64,000 bases of DNA, taken from assembly GCF_018977255.1 (NCBI RefSeq), contig NW_024704769.1:2914001-2978000 (forward strand), in the 5' to 3' direction. The DNA is from Callorhinchus milii (Eukaryota). Both the position numbers and the translations under genes were made by a program. Under the pieces are notes generated by a model that worked only from the letters and a program-made list of their open reading frames with translations, was not told where the DNA came from and ran no database searches. Positions 63,655 to 64,000 of this stretch are shown one piece after another (position 1 is the stretch's first letter; each line of letters starts with the position of its first letter).

Positions 63655-64000
63655 GTGAGTTTACCCGACGTTGAGATGTCTCAAAACACTGCGCAGTATA
63701 TACTGTAGAGTGCAGTGACTATTTTGTGGGTGGAACGCGGCAGCCAATTGCGAAGAGCAGTGTCCCACAAACAGTCCGTGGATTGAGTGAGCGGTTATTA
63801 TTACTGCTGGAAAGCGATCCGCCAATCGGAACTTCCCTAAGGTTTCGCCCCACCCGGGAATCGAACCCGGGTCCTCTCGCTCGCAAGGCGAGTGCGCTAG
63901 CCTCTACGCTACAGGATTCCACTGATAATTGCTGTGACCAGTAACTGACTCAGTGTGTGTCTTTCATGTGTCTCTACGCCCACCCCCACCTTAATCAGGT

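Overview
Eukaryotic (vertebrate) genomic DNA with four N-gaps. The dense tRNA-derived SINE, L2 and CR1 content suggests a cartilaginous fish, probably a chimaera (inference). I reconstructed five spliced genes by hand; family assignments come from remembered protein sequences, not database searches. Minus strand: the 5' part of an INPP5A-like inositol 5-phosphatase (running off the left edge), complete GPAT4/AGPAT6 (12 exons, 454 aa), a complete PPP1R3C-like glycogen-targeting PP1 subunit (2 exons, 315 aa) and complete GINS4/SLD5 (7 coding exons, 223 aa). Plus strand: the first four exons of an ES1/GATD3-like mitochondrial protein resembling zebrafish photoreceptor ES1. Main points of interest: (1) a young SINE inserted exactly between the splice acceptor and start codon of GINS4, creating an open in-frame 53-aa hydrophobic N-terminal extension; (2) a probable INPP5A paralogue beside GPAT4 with a uORF-rich leader; (3) a 1.28-kb solo LTR with a 4-bp TSD; (4) a SINE subfamily whose tail matches the local L2 tail; (5) degenerate Penelope-type hammerhead-like repeats. 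Most ORFs in the supplied track are spurious translations of repeats.
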